From: Bacillota bacterium
GTDB taxonomy: Bacteria; Bacillota; Syntrophomonadia; Syntrophomonadales; Syntrophomonadaceae
Length of the DNA stretch: 64,000 nucleotides
Direction of reading: 5' to 3'
Assembly (NCBI GenBank): GCA_023395515.1
Contig: JAEWZB010000121.1
Location: 4,365-68,364, forward strand
Shown: one piece after another, positions 8,988 through 19,314 of the stretch
How positions within the stretch are numbered: position 1 is the first letter of the stretch
Layout of the letters: each line of letters begins with the position of its first letter
Made by a program: the position numbers and the translations under genes
Notes under the pieces: generated by a model
What the model saw: the letters and a program-made list of their open reading frames with translations, nothing else
Databases searched by the model: none
What the model was told of the DNA's origin: nothing

Positions 8988-9980
8988 GTGAGTGATGTTT
9001 TATCCCAGAATGAAATAGATCAGCTATTATCTGCCTTAAGTAGTGGATCAGTAGATGCTAATGAATTAAAAGAGGAAGAAACGAAGAAAAAGGTTAGGGT
9101 TTACGATTTTCGCAGGCCTAATAAGTTTTCTAAAGATCAGATTCACACTTTGCAGGTTATTTATGAGAATTATGCCCGTTCCTTAGGTACTTATTTATCG
9201 GCTCAACTGCGGGCCCCTATTCAAATGGAAGTTTTATCGGTTGAACAGACTACTTATGAAGAGTTTGTACGTTCAATTCCTAATCCGACCATACTTAATG
9301 TATTTTCCATCTTTCCTCTGGAAGGTAGTGCTATAATGGAAATTAACCCTAACTTGGGTTTTGCCATGATAGACAGATTGTTGGGAGGACCAGGGCATGC
9401 CCCGGAAAAGATTAGGGCTTTAACCGAAATTGAACAAACCGTTATAGAACGTATTGTTCAACGTATGTTAGATTATTTGCAAGAACCATGGGGCAGCATT
9501 ATTGAAATTGAACCGTCATTAGATAGGGTGGAAACTAACCCCCAATTTACGCAACTAGTTTCCCCATCTGAAATAATGATTATTGTATCGCTGGAAACTC
9601 GTATGGGTGAATTATTAGGAATGATTAATATGTGTATTCCTTTTTTAGTTCTAGAACCGATTTTAGATAAGTTAAATGTGCATTTTTATTATGCATCATC
9701 CAGCAAACAATCATTACCGGAAAATGTTGATGCCATAAAAAATAAACTGGAGAATACTTATGTTCCGGTGAAAATACTGTTAGGCAAGACCATTATTACG
9801 GTAAAAGATTTGTTAGAATTATCTGTAGGTGATGTAATAACTTTGAATAAGAATATTCGTGAAGAGCTGGAAGTGGTAATTGGCCAAAAAACTAAGTTTC
9901 TAGGTAAACCGGGTATTTTTAGCAATAAATACTCAATTCAGGTTTCCCGGATTGTAGAGGAGGGAAATGAAGATGAATGA
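8988..9980 (+). CDS. fliM: flagellar motor switch protein FliM
   Basis: 330 aa. N-terminal CheY-P docking peptide LSQNEIDQLL, a CheC-like middle domain and a SpoA-like C-terminus. Confidence 0.9.
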   Translation: MSDVLSQNEIDQLLSALSSGSVDANELKEEETKKKVRVYDFRRPNKFSKDQIHTLQVIYENYARSLGTYLSAQLRAPIQMEVLSVEQTTYEEFVRSIPNPTILNVFSIFPLEGSAIMEINPNLGFAMIDRLLGGPGHAPEKIRALTEIEQTVIERIVQRMLDYLQEPWGSIIEIEPSLDRVETNPQFTQLVSPSEIMIIVSLETRMGELLGMINMCIPFLVLEPILDKLNVHFYYASSSKQSLPENVDAIKNKLENTYVPVKILLGKTIITVKDLLELSVGDVITLNKNIREELEVVIGQKTKFLGKPGIFSNKYSIQVSRIVEEGNEDE

Positions 9981-11154
9981 CGGCATTTTGACCCAAGAAG
10001 AAGTTGATGCTTTATTAAAAGGGGAAAGTAATATAACTCTTTCCGATAATAATGAAAAAAATATACCACCAACTGGCAGTATTACTGATTTTGAGAAAGA
10101 TGCTTTAGGTGAAATAGGCAACATAAGTATGGGTACATCAGCTACTACCCTTTCTACCTTATTAAGACGTAAAGTATCGATTACTACACCTAGTGTTTCC
10201 ATTACAACTAGTGAACAATTACGTTCCGACTATCCTTTACCTTATGTAGTTGTTGAAGTTAGTTATACTGATGGTTTACACGGGACTAACGTTTTAGTAA
10301 TTAAAGAAGAAGATGCCTGTATTATTGCAGACTTAATGATGGGAGGAGAAGGCAAGTGTGAAGATACCACGTTAGATGATATCAAATTGAGTGCGGTAGG
10401 AGAGGCCATGAATCAAATGATGGGTTCTGCTACTACCAGTCTTTCTTCGATGTTTAGTACCAGAATTGACATTGCTCCTCCTAAGCTAACTGTAATGGAT
10501 TTTGGTAAAGAACACCTGGAATTGTCAACTGATTACCATGATATGGTCAGTATTAAATTTAAAATGGAAATAGAAGACCTTATTAATAGTGAGATTATGC
10601 AGATTATCCCTATGGAAGCAGTTAAGCATATGATTAGTATGCTGATGGGGAATACCATTGAAGAAACCACCATTGAAGCGGTGACGGAAGTAGCGGCCCC
10701 ACCTCCGGTAATAGAAACTGTACCACCGGTCCGGGAAAAACCTCCGGAACCAATTATGCAACCGGCAGCGTCTCAAGATATGTGGAGTCATGAAGCTTAT
10801 AACAGCATACCTACTAATTTAAAAAGAGGTGAACAAGTTACAGTACAGCCGGTGCAATTTGCTCCCCTTAGGGAAAGTGACAGTATCCAGACTCCTCAAA
10901 ATATTGGCCTTATAATGGATGTTCCTTTAGATGTTACCGTAGAATTAGGCAAGACCAGAAAAACCATAAAAGATATATTAGATCTTCATCAAGGGGCCAT
11001 TATTCAATTAGATAAAATGGCCGGAGAACCAGTAGATTTAATGGTTAATGGTAAACTCATTGCTAAAGGAGAAGTAGTAGTAATAGATGAAAGCTATGGA
11101 ATTAGAATAACTACTATAATAAGTCCTTTAGACAGAATGAATAAACTTCAATAA
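9967..11154 (+). CDS. fliY: flagellar motor switch phosphatase FliY (CheC-like + FliN domains)
   Basis: 395 aa. N-terminal LTQEEVDALL peptide, CheC-type motifs (DALGEIGNISMG, SAVGEAMNQMMG), and C-terminal FliN/SpoA domain VELGKTRKTIKDILDLHQGAIIQLDKMAGEPVDLMVNGKLIAKGEVVV. Confidence 0.85.
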   Translation: MKMNDGILTQEEVDALLKGESNITLSDNNEKNIPPTGSITDFEKDALGEIGNISMGTSATTLSTLLRRKVSITTPSVSITTSEQLRSDYPLPYVVVEVSYTDGLHGTNVLVIKEEDACIIADLMMGGEGKCEDTTLDDIKLSAVGEAMNQMMGSATTSLSSMFSTRIDIAPPKLTVMDFGKEHLELSTDYHDMVSIKFKMEIEDLINSEIMQIIPMEAVKHMISMLMGNTIEETTIEAVTEVAAPPPVIETVPPVREKPPEPIMQPAASQDMWSHEAYNSIPTNLKRGEQVTVQPVQFAPLRESDSIQTPQNIGLIMDVPLDVTVELGKTRKTIKDILDLHQGAIIQLDKMAGEPVDLMVNGKLIAKGEVVVIDESYGIRITTIISPLDRMNKLQ

Positions 11155-11168
11155 TATTTAGGAGGTTT

Positions 11169-11534
11169 ATGATGGGAAAAAAGATATTGATTGTAGATGA
11201 CGCAGCTTTTATGAGAATGATGATTAAGGATATTCTCACTAAAAACGGTTATGAAATAGTAGGAGAAGCAGAAAATGGGCAGGTTGCAGTAGACAAATAT
11301 AAGGATTTAAAACCTGATTTAGTTACCATGGATATAACTATGCCGGAAATGGATGGAATTGCCGCCGTAAAAGCCATTAAATCTTTGGATTCCGGAGCAT
11401 GTATAATTATGTGCAGTGCGATGGGACAACAATCTATGGTTATTGATGCAATTCAAGCCGGGGCTAAGGATTTCATTGTAAAACCGTTCCAACCGGAAAG
11501 GGTATTAGAAGCAGTAGGCAAAGCACTTGACTAG
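11169..11534 (+). CDS. cheY: chemotaxis response regulator CheY
   Basis: 121-aa stand-alone receiver domain: LIVDDAAFMR, phospho-acceptor context VTMDITMP, conserved Lys in VKPF. Confidence 0.9.
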   Translation: MMGKKILIVDDAAFMRMMIKDILTKNGYEIVGEAENGQVAVDKYKDLKPDLVTMDITMPEMDGIAAVKAIKSLDSGACIIMCSAMGQQSMVIDAIQAGAKDFIVKPFQPERVLEAVGKALD

Positions 11535-11542
11535 TTTGATTT

Positions 11543-12190
11543 TTGGAAGTGATATTGATGCTTGCCTTTAAAAGGTATCATTTTATTGTTATTTTAACCT
11601 TAATTTTAATTTGTTCATTATCACTTAATGTTTTAGCCGTTGATATGGATGATTTAAATGCGGAAATGGATAAGCAAGAACAAAGTCAAACCCCTAATTC
11701 CGGTAATATGCTGTGGTTGGAATTTTTAAAACTAGTAGTAGTTTTAGGTTTAATAGTAGGGGCGGCTTGGTCAATAATACGCCTTTTTAGCAAGCAGGTA
11801 GCTAATAAGATGCAGGGAACCTGGATTCATGTAGTAGATGAAGTAGCTTTAGGTCAAAATCGGGGTATAGTCCTCTGCGAAGTGGGAGAAAAATTATATG
11901 CTATAGGAGTTTCTGATTCCAATATTAATCTTTTGTTTGAAATTAATAATCCTAAACTTCTGGAAGAGATTAACTTAAACGACAATATAGAAAAGCCCCC
12001 ATCTAAGGATTGGCATGAATTTAAGAGCTTAATTAAAGACAAGCTGATACCTAACCGGTCATCAGCCTCAAATCCCGGTAAAAAAGAGTTTCATTTCTTA
12101 ATGAATGAGCAAATACAAAGAATGGAAAAATTATCTGATAATCTGGGCAATAGTGAAATGAATATTAAAAGAAGTGATAGAAATGATTAG
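11543..12190 (+). CDS. fliO: flagellar biosynthesis protein FliO/FliZ
   Basis: Signal/TM N-terminus, a second TM (LKLVVVLGLIVGAAWSII) and a FliO-type segment. It lies directly before fliP and overlaps it. The start may be ATG ~11558. Confidence 0.6.
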   Translation: MEVILMLAFKRYHFIVILTLILICSLSLNVLAVDMDDLNAEMDKQEQSQTPNSGNMLWLEFLKLVVVLGLIVGAAWSIIRLFSKQVANKMQGTWIHVVDEVALGQNRGIVLCEVGEKLYAIGVSDSNINLLFEINNPKLLEEINLNDNIEKPPSKDWHEFKSLIKDKLIPNRSSASNPGKKEFHFLMNEQIQRMEKLSDNLGNSEMNIKRSDRND

Positions 12191-12956
12191 AGTAAACAGG
12201 ACCAAAGCTATTACCATCATTATTATTAGTCTTATTTTTTTAGCCTTATATTCACCTACGGTTTTAGCTGACCCGATTCAGTTGCCTAATATTAATTTAA
12301 GTATTGGCGGAGAGGAAGAGGGCGGCCAAAACTTATCTTCAGTAATACAATTACTGATTTTATTAACTGTTTTAACTCTGGCCCCGGCGATAGTTATTTT
12401 ATTAACTTCTTTTACCCGCATAGTGGTAGTTTTGTCCTTTATCAGAACTTCTTTAGCAACCCAACAAATGCCCCCTAATCAAGTTTTGATTGGGTTAGCG
12501 TTGTTTTTAACCTTTTTTGTTATGGCGCCAACTTTTCAGCAAGTCAATTCCAATGCCTTGCAGCCATTTATGCAAGGTGAAATAGGGCAAGAAGAAGCCT
12601 TCCAAAAGGGTATGGACCCTATGCGTGCTTTTATGTTTGAGCAAACCCGGGAAAAAGACTTGGCTCTTTTTGTGAAAATGGCTAATCTGGAAAGGCCCAG
12701 GAATTTTGATGATATTCCTAATTATGTTCTTATACCTTCATTTGTAATTAGTGAATTAAAAACAGCCTTTCAAATAGGATTTATTATTTTTATCCCCTTC
12801 TTAGTCATTGATATGGTAGTAGCTAGTGCTTTAATGTCCATGGGTATGATGATGTTGCCTCCTATGATGATATCATTACCCTTTAAAATATTACTATTTG
12901 TACTAGTTGACGGTTGGAATTTAGTTATTCAATCACTTTTACTTAGTTTTAGATAG
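12174..12956 (+). CDS. fliP: flagellar export apparatus protein FliP
   Basis: 260 aa polytopic protein with the conserved FKTAFQIGFIIFIPFLVIDMVVASALMSMGMMMLPP. Confidence 0.95.
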   Translation: MIEMIRVNRTKAITIIIISLIFLALYSPTVLADPIQLPNINLSIGGEEEGGQNLSSVIQLLILLTVLTLAPAIVILLTSFTRIVVVLSFIRTSLATQQMPPNQVLIGLALFLTFFVMAPTFQQVNSNALQPFMQGEIGQEEAFQKGMDPMRAFMFEQTREKDLALFVKMANLERPRNFDDIPNYVLIPSFVISELKTAFQIGFIIFIPFLVIDMVVASALMSMGMMMLPPMMISLPFKILLFVLVDGWNLVIQSLLLSFR

Positions 12957-12972
12957 GGGAGAGTAGATTTAT

Positions 12973-13245
12973 TTGTACGAAGATATTGTTTTAGGAATAG
13001 CTAATGAAGCCGTTTTAACGGTTTTATTAGTATCTGCTCCGGTTCTGGGAGCCGCCTTATTAACTGGTCTATTAATCAGCATTTTACAAGCTACTACGCA
13101 AATCCAGGAAATGACCTTGGTATTTGTACCTAAAATTGTGGTAGTGCTGTTGGTAATCGTAATTTTTGGACCATGGATGTTAGGAATTGTTACCACCTTT
13201 ACGCAAAACTTATTTGCGGCTATCCCTACTCTCCTTGCTTTATAA
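12973..13245 (+). CDS. fliQ: flagellar export apparatus protein FliQ
   Basis: 90 aa, two TM helices, with the FliQ/SpaQ-type sequence ...LLISILQATTQIQEMTLVFVPK. Confidence 0.9.
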   Translation: MYEDIVLGIANEAVLTVLLVSAPVLGAALLTGLLISILQATTQIQEMTLVFVPKIVVVLLVIVIFGPWMLGIVTTFTQNLFAAIPTLLAL

Positions 13246-13260
13246 GGATAGGTAGCAGAT

Positions 13261-14022
13261 ATGCCCTTTGCATTAGAAACTTTTTTGCTAATTTTCGGCC
13301 GGGTAACCGGGTTATTTTTAAGTGCTCCGATTTTCGGCAGCAGACAGATTCCGGCTAGAGTAAAGGCATTAATTATAGTATTGCTGTCTGCCACTTTAGC
13401 CTTTTTTATTCCGGTTCAATATGGACAGGAAATATTAAATCCTATCCATTTTTTAGCGGCGATTATTATGGAAATTTTAATTGGTTATACTTTAGGATTT
13501 GTGGTTTACATACTTTTTGGTGCTATTCAGTTAGCCGGGCAGCTTATGGATATGCAAATGGGTTTCGGTATTGTAAACGTGGTTGACCCCCAAACGGGTG
13601 CTCAGATACCATTATTAGGCAATTTAACGCAAACTTTAGCCTTGTTGATCTATCTGGCGGTAAATGGACACCATTACTTAATACAAGCTTTAGCCCAAAG
13701 CTATAAAGCTATACCGGTTTTGGGCTTTAATATAGATGCTAGTTTTTCCGGGTTACTAATTGAAATAACTGTGTATATGTTTATTCTGGCGGTACAAATA
13801 GCGGCACCTATAATAATTGCAGTATTAACAACTGATATTGCCATGGGATTTATAGCCAGGACCGTGCCCCAAATGAATGTTTTCATAGTAGGGCTGCCCC
13901 TTAAAATATTAGTAGGGCTTGGTGCACTTTTTTTGATGTTACCTATTTATGTGTGGATATTTAGTGTGTTGTTTGCTCGTTTTTACGAATATTTAGACCG
14001 TATTATACTGTTAATGGGGTAA
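13261..14022 (+). CDS. fliR: flagellar export apparatus protein FliR
   Basis: 253 aa polytopic membrane protein. It lies between fliQ and flhB. Confidence 0.9.
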   Translation: MPFALETFLLIFGRVTGLFLSAPIFGSRQIPARVKALIIVLLSATLAFFIPVQYGQEILNPIHFLAAIIMEILIGYTLGFVVYILFGAIQLAGQLMDMQMGFGIVNVVDPQTGAQIPLLGNLTQTLALLIYLAVNGHHYLIQALAQSYKAIPVLGFNIDASFSGLLIEITVYMFILAVQIAAPIIIAVLTTDIAMGFIARTVPQMNVFIVGLPLKILVGLGALFLMLPIYVWIFSVLFARFYEYLDRIILLMG

Positions 14023-14029
14023 TAAGCTT

Positions 14030-15148
14030 ATGGATAAACAATATGAAGAAATATTTTTATTACCTTTAGATTTACAAATATTTGCTGATGAGAGCACCGG
14101 AGAAAAAACGGAATCAGCTACCCCGCGCAAACGGGAAGAAGCTAGACAAAAAGGACAAGTTTTTAAAAGTACCGATTTGAATTCAGCCGTAATTTTATTA
14201 GCCGGGTCGGTAGTATTGTTTGTGACTTTTCCTTATATGGTAAATCTGTTAAAAGAATTTACTACTATGTATATTTTAGATCGTACCTTAAGCAGCTTTT
14301 CTAACCAGTATGCTTATGAATTATTAATTGAAGTTTTGCTTTTATTAGGGAAAATACTGTTTCCCGTATTATTAACCACCTTTATTACGGCTTTAGTTAT
14401 AACTTATCTGCAAGTAGGATTTGTCTTTAGTTCCGAACCCCTGAACTTTAAATTAGAAAGGTTAAATCCTCTGGAAGGATTCAAAAAAATCTTTTCCAAA
14501 AGAGCCTTGGTGGAGTTAACTAAATCTTTACTTAAGGTATCAGTAACCGGTTACATAGTATATACGGTATTTAGAAAATACTTATATGTATTTCCCCGTT
14601 TTGTGGATATGGAATTGGCGGCCACCCTAATAGCTTTAACTACTATCGTTTTTGAAATTGCCCTTAAAGTAGGGGTCTTTTTTATAATTGTAGGGGTATT
14701 GGATTATATCTACCAATGGTATGAACACGAGAAATCCTTAAAAATGAGCAAATACGATATTAAGCAGGAATATAAGCAAATAGAAGGGGACCCCTATATT
14801 AAGTCCCGGCAAAGGCAAATTCAAAGAGAAGCGGCCATGAGAAGGATGATGACCGAAGTTCCTAAAGCTGATGTAGTAATAACTAACCCTACCCATTTTG
14901 CGGTAGCTTTAAAATATGATGCTGATACTATGGAGGCTCCCACCGTAGTAGCTAAAGGACAAGACTTAATAGCTTTAAAAATTAGGGAAATAGCAGAATT
15001 AAATAAAGTAGTTATTGTGGAAAATCCCCTTTTAGCAAGAACTCTTTACTATGCTTTAGATATAGGTACTGAAGTCCCGGAAGATCTTTATCAAGCTATA
15101 GCAGAAGTGCTGGCCTTTGTTTATAAGCAAAAACAATTAGCTATGTAG
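14030..15148 (+). CDS. flhB: flagellar export switch protein FlhB
   Basis: 372 aa with the autocleavage motif NPTH (VVITNPTHFAVALKY). Confidence 0.95.
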   Translation: MDKQYEEIFLLPLDLQIFADESTGEKTESATPRKREEARQKGQVFKSTDLNSAVILLAGSVVLFVTFPYMVNLLKEFTTMYILDRTLSSFSNQYAYELLIEVLLLLGKILFPVLLTTFITALVITYLQVGFVFSSEPLNFKLERLNPLEGFKKIFSKRALVELTKSLLKVSVTGYIVYTVFRKYLYVFPRFVDMELAATLIALTTIVFEIALKVGVFFIIVGVLDYIYQWYEHEKSLKMSKYDIKQEYKQIEGDPYIKSRQRQIQREAAMRRMMTEVPKADVVITNPTHFAVALKYDADTMEAPTVVAKGQDLIALKIREIAELNKVVIVENPLLARTLYYALDIGTEVPEDLYQAIAEVLAFVYKQKQLAM

Positions 15149-15165
15149 TTTCTAGGAGGAAAACG

Positions 15166-17226
15166 ATGGAATTTAGCCCCGGCTGGTTAAATAAACTGCA
15201 GGAAAAAAGCGATATATTAATAGCAATTCTGGTTATCACTATTGTTTTGATGATGATAATCCCATTGAAGCCTGCTCTTATAGATATATTACTAATATTT
15301 AATATTAGTTTTGCCTTGATAATTTTAATGGTGGCTATGTTTAATTCAGAGCCCTTGGAGTTTTCCGTATTTCCATCTTTACTTTTAATAATGACTTTAT
15401 TCAGGTTAGCGCTTAGTATTTCGACGACCCGCCTCATTTTGCTTTATGCCGAAGCTGGCGAAGTAATACAAGCCTTTGGTTCTTTTGTAGTCGGGGGAAA
15501 TATGGTAGTAGGGTTTGTAATATTTTTGATTCTGGTAGTTATTCAATTTATTGTAATTACCAAAGGTGCGGAGCGGGTATCGGAAGTAGCCGCCCGCTTT
15601 ACCCTTGATGCTATGCCGGGCAAGCAAATGGCTATTGATGCCGACTTAAATGCCGGGTTAATTGATGAAAGAGAAGCCCGCACCAGGCGGGAAAAAATCC
15701 AAAACGAAGCTAACTTTTACGGTGCTATGGATGGGGCCAGTAAGTTTGTTAAAGGGGACGCTATAGCCGGAATTATTATTGTTATAATTAATATTGTGGG
15801 CGGGCTGATCCTAGGTATGGCTCAAAGGGGCATGGATTTGTCCCAAGCTGCCCAGACCTACACCATTTTAACTATCGGCGATGGTTTAGTAATTCAAATA
15901 CCGGCTTTACTAATTTCCACCGCTACCGGCATAGTAGTTACCAGAAGTGCTTCCAAGTTAAGCTTAGGCAAAGAAGTAGGAAGCCAGCTCTTTAATCATC
16001 CCAAAGCTTTGGGTCTGGCGGCAGTAATCCTTTTAGTATTAGGCACCATCGGGTTACCTAAGTTGCCTACCTATTCTTTAGCCGCTTTTTTTGGCATGTT
16101 ATATTTTTCCTTTAGGTCATCCCTGGTGGAAGAAGTAGAAGAAGTCGCCGGTGAAGATATGCAAGAAGCTGAAGAAATAAAGAAACCGGAAAATGTAGTA
16201 GAACTTTTACAAGTGGAAAAAATGGAAATGGAATTAGGTTACGGATTAATTCCCTTAGTAGACACCGAGCAGGGTGGAGACTTATTAGATAGAATTGTAA
16301 TGATCAGAAGACAATGTGCAGTAGAATTAGGGTTTATTGTACCTCCTATCCGTATCCGGGATAATATGCAATTAAAACCTAATTCCTATGTAATTAAGAT
16401 TAAAGGCATACAAATAGCAACCGGGGAATTAATTCTGGACAACTATTTGGCGATTGGACCTGGTATTGAAACTGACCTGAATCTAAGCGGAATTGATACG
16501 GTGGAGCCAGCCTTTAACTTGCCGGCTAAATGGATAGATACCAAAGATCAGGAACGGGCCGAACAAGAAGGGTATACCGTAGTTGATCCGCCTTCAGTTT
16601 TAGCCACCCATTTAACTGCTGTTATCAAGAACCATGCTTTTGAATTGCTGGGCCGACAAGAAATTCAAAATACTATTGATTTTGTAAAAGACAGTAATCC
16701 TGCGGTAGTCAATGAGCTTATTCCTGACTTGATGAATATTGGGGATATACAGAAAGTATTAAGTAATTTATTAAAAGAACAAGTTTCTATTCGGGATATG
16801 GTTACTATTCTGGAAACTTTAGCAGATTATGCAAAAATTAGTAGGGATAATGATGTTTTGACCGAATATGTTAGACAATCTTTAAAAAGACAGATTACTA
16901 AACAGTATCTGGATAGCGATATGAAGTTAACGGTATTAACCTTAGATCCCAGTTTGGAAGAGCAGCTTAGAAATTCAGTACAACAAAGTGAATTTGGCTC
17001 TTATTTAGCTTTAGACCCGGAATTGGCGCAAAAAATGATTGATAAATTAACCACATATTACGATAATCTTACTAATCAAGGAATTACTCCTATAGTATTA
17101 TGTGCCCCGGTATTAAGAATTTACTTTAAGAGGCTTCTGGACCGTTTTATTACTAATATAGTGGTTATTTCCTATAATGAGGTAGATAGTGAGGTTAATG
17201 TTGAAGTAATTGGGATGGTGTCATAA
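15166..17226 (+). CDS. flhA: flagellar export gate protein FlhA
   Basis: 686 aa of the FHIPEP family (FTLDAMPGKQMAIDADL) with a large cytoplasmic C-domain. Confidence 0.95.
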   Translation: MEFSPGWLNKLQEKSDILIAILVITIVLMMIIPLKPALIDILLIFNISFALIILMVAMFNSEPLEFSVFPSLLLIMTLFRLALSISTTRLILLYAEAGEVIQAFGSFVVGGNMVVGFVIFLILVVIQFIVITKGAERVSEVAARFTLDAMPGKQMAIDADLNAGLIDEREARTRREKIQNEANFYGAMDGASKFVKGDAIAGIIIVIINIVGGLILGMAQRGMDLSQAAQTYTILTIGDGLVIQIPALLISTATGIVVTRSASKLSLGKEVGSQLFNHPKALGLAAVILLVLGTIGLPKLPTYSLAAFFGMLYFSFRSSLVEEVEEVAGEDMQEAEEIKKPENVVELLQVEKMEMELGYGLIPLVDTEQGGDLLDRIVMIRRQCAVELGFIVPPIRIRDNMQLKPNSYVIKIKGIQIATGELILDNYLAIGPGIETDLNLSGIDTVEPAFNLPAKWIDTKDQERAEQEGYTVVDPPSVLATHLTAVIKNHAFELLGRQEIQNTIDFVKDSNPAVVNELIPDLMNIGDIQKVLSNLLKEQVSIRDMVTILETLADYAKISRDNDVLTEYVRQSLKRQITKQYLDSDMKLTVLTLDPSLEEQLRNSVQQSEFGSYLALDPELAQKMIDKLTTYYDNLTNQGITPIVLCAPVLRIYFKRLLDRFITNIVVISYNEVDSEVNVEVIGMVS

Positions 17227-18380
17227 TGAAGATTAAGAAATTTATCGCCAAAGATTATAAAATGGCTATTAAACAAGCTAAAGAAGAAATGGGCAGTGAC
17301 GCCATTATCCTACAAACTCGCCAAATAAAAACCGGGGGATTTTTCGGCTTATTTGCTCGGGCTCAAGTTGAGGTAACCGTAGCCATAGATGACACTTTAC
17401 AAGTAAACTTGGACCGGCTGCGTAAAGCCTCTTTTAAAACCGAAAGTTTACCCGAAATAGCTAGTGATGCTGAAAAAGATAAAGAACCTGTAGATTTAAC
17501 CATGCTGGAAGAGTTAAATAGTCTTAAATCGATGATGACGGAAATAAAAATGCAAATGTATGACATAGAAGTAGTTAAAGGGATGTCCTCGGATGTACGT
17601 AAATTTTATGAAAAGCTGGTCAATAACAATGTGGATAAGGACATTGCCTTAAAAATAGCTAATAGTGTAGAAAGCAGGCTGCCCCAAAATGGATTAAGTG
17701 ATGAGAAATGGACTAAAGAGGTTTTGCTGCATATTTTACAACAACATATTGAAGAAGTTAAACCTATAGAAATTAAAAGTGATAAAAAAGGTAATGTAAT
17801 ATTTTTTATCGGACCCACCGGAGTCGGAAAAACTACCACCATTGCTAAGCTAGCGGCTAATATCTCTTTTATTGATAGAAAAGAGGTATCTTTAATTACT
17901 TTAGATACTTATAGAATTTCGGCTGCTGAACAATTAAGGACTTTTGCAGAAATTATCGATATCCCCATAAATGTTGTTTTTGAACCCTTGGAATTGCAGC
18001 AGGCAATTATAGAACAAAAAGATAAAGATATTATTTTAGTAGATACCGCTGGACGCAGTCCTTATAATGATCAGCATATGGAAGAACTTAAAAAATTTAT
18101 TGAAATTGCTGAGCCTGATGAAATAATTCTAGTCTTAAGTGTAATTACTGAAAGTAGTGATTTAATAAATATTTACGAAAGATTTAGTATATTTAGTATA
18201 GATAAGATAATTTTTACCAAACTGGATGAGGCTCATAATTATGGACAAATTTTAAATGCCATATATGAAATTAAAAAGCCTATAGCCTATTTAACTAATG
18301 GCCAAAATGTACCGGATGATATTGAAATCCCGGATTCTCTTTATCTGGCTAAAATGCTTCTGGGAAAGGATGAAGCATAA
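17226..18380 (+). CDS. flhF: flagellar SRP-like GTPase FlhF
   Basis: 384 aa with G1 GPTGVGKTTT and G3 DTAGRS. The start overlaps the flhA stop. Confidence 0.9.
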   Translation: MKIKKFIAKDYKMAIKQAKEEMGSDAIILQTRQIKTGGFFGLFARAQVEVTVAIDDTLQVNLDRLRKASFKTESLPEIASDAEKDKEPVDLTMLEELNSLKSMMTEIKMQMYDIEVVKGMSSDVRKFYEKLVNNNVDKDIALKIANSVESRLPQNGLSDEKWTKEVLLHILQQHIEEVKPIEIKSDKKGNVIFFIGPTGVGKTTTIAKLAANISFIDRKEVSLITLDTYRISAAEQLRTFAEIIDIPINVVFEPLELQQAIIEQKDKDIILVDTAGRSPYNDQHMEELKKFIEIAEPDEIILVLSVITESSDLINIYERFSIFSIDKIIFTKLDEAHNYGQILNAIYEIKKPIAYLTNGQNVPDDIEIPDSLYLAKMLLGKDEA

Positions 18381-19300
18381 TGAAAGATCAAGCGGAAAAA
18401 TTAAGAGCCATGGCTTTAAAAACCAGGCTCAATATAGAAAAAGAAATGTTAAATGACTTTAAACAAACTAAGGTTATAGTAGTTAGCAGTGGTAAAGGCG
18501 GGGTGGGTAAAAGTACCTTAGCTTTAAACATGGCTATTGATTTGTGCCGCAAAGGCAAGAAGATACTACTTTTTGATGCTGATTTAGGTATGGCTAATAT
18601 AGATATAATGTTAGGCATAATTCCTCAGTATAATTTATACCACGTGACTACCGGCAATAAATCTATACAGGATATTACCCTTACTATAGAAGAAGGGTTA
18701 GATATTATTCCTGGTGGCTCCGGTATTTATGAATTAGCCAATTTAAGTGATGAGCGGCTAAAAAATATTTTAGTGCAAATAGGAAAATTAGATGGTATTT
18801 ATGATTACATGATTATTGATACCGGGGCCGGAATATCTAAGAGTGTGATAACCTTTTTACTCGCCGGTGACGATGTAATAGTAATAACTACTCCTGAACC
18901 AACCTCAGTTACTGATGCCTATGGTATTGTAAAAAGCCTAAATAAAAGTAGTTTTAAAGGCCATGTTTATCTAGTAGTTAACCGGGTGGTTGATGGTAAT
19001 GAAGGTATTATGGTAGCAGAGAAATTTAAGCTGGTATGTAAAAAGTTTTTAGAAATTGATATAAAGTTTTTAGGATACATAATTAACGAACCATTAATCA
19101 GTGAGGGAATTAGAAGGCAGGAATCTTTTATTAAGCTCTTTCCTAAAAGTGTGGCCGCTAAAAATGTCAGCGGGATTACCGACCTCTTATTGAAAGAAGG
19201 CCATGGGGATAATGCTGATAATGATGAATTAATAACCCCGCCGGCCCAAGGCAGAGGTATAAAAAACTTTTTTAAGAAGTTAGCCGGTATTAGTAAATAG
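18380..19300 (+). CDS. flhG: MinD-like ATPase FlhG (YlxH)
   Basis: Deviant Walker A SGKGGVGKST and a C-terminal amphipathic helix GIKNFFKKLAGI. It follows flhF with a 1-nt overlap. Confidence 0.85.
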   Translation: MKDQAEKLRAMALKTRLNIEKEMLNDFKQTKVIVVSSGKGGVGKSTLALNMAIDLCRKGKKILLFDADLGMANIDIMLGIIPQYNLYHVTTGNKSIQDITLTIEEGLDIIPGGSGIYELANLSDERLKNILVQIGKLDGIYDYMIIDTGAGISKSVITFLLAGDDVIVITTPEPTSVTDAYGIVKSLNKSSFKGHVYLVVNRVVDGNEGIMVAEKFKLVCKKFLEIDIKFLGYIINEPLISEGIRRQESFIKLFPKSVAAKNVSGITDLLLKEGHGDNADNDELITPPAQGRGIKNFFKKLAGISK

Positions 19301-19314
19301 TAGGAGAATGATAA

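Noticed and set aside
12969-13394. 141-aa ORF on the - strand antisense to fliQ/fliR
   Set aside because: It is fully embedded antisense to two well-supported membrane-protein genes and has no SD. Its hydrophobic, low-complexity composition mirrors the sense strand, so it is a shadow ORF. The same reasoning applies to the other antisense ORFs in the track, for example 4917-5390, 8589-8924, 21808-22266, 26114-26464, 33814-34179, 47286-47681, 52484-52858 and 62809-63087.
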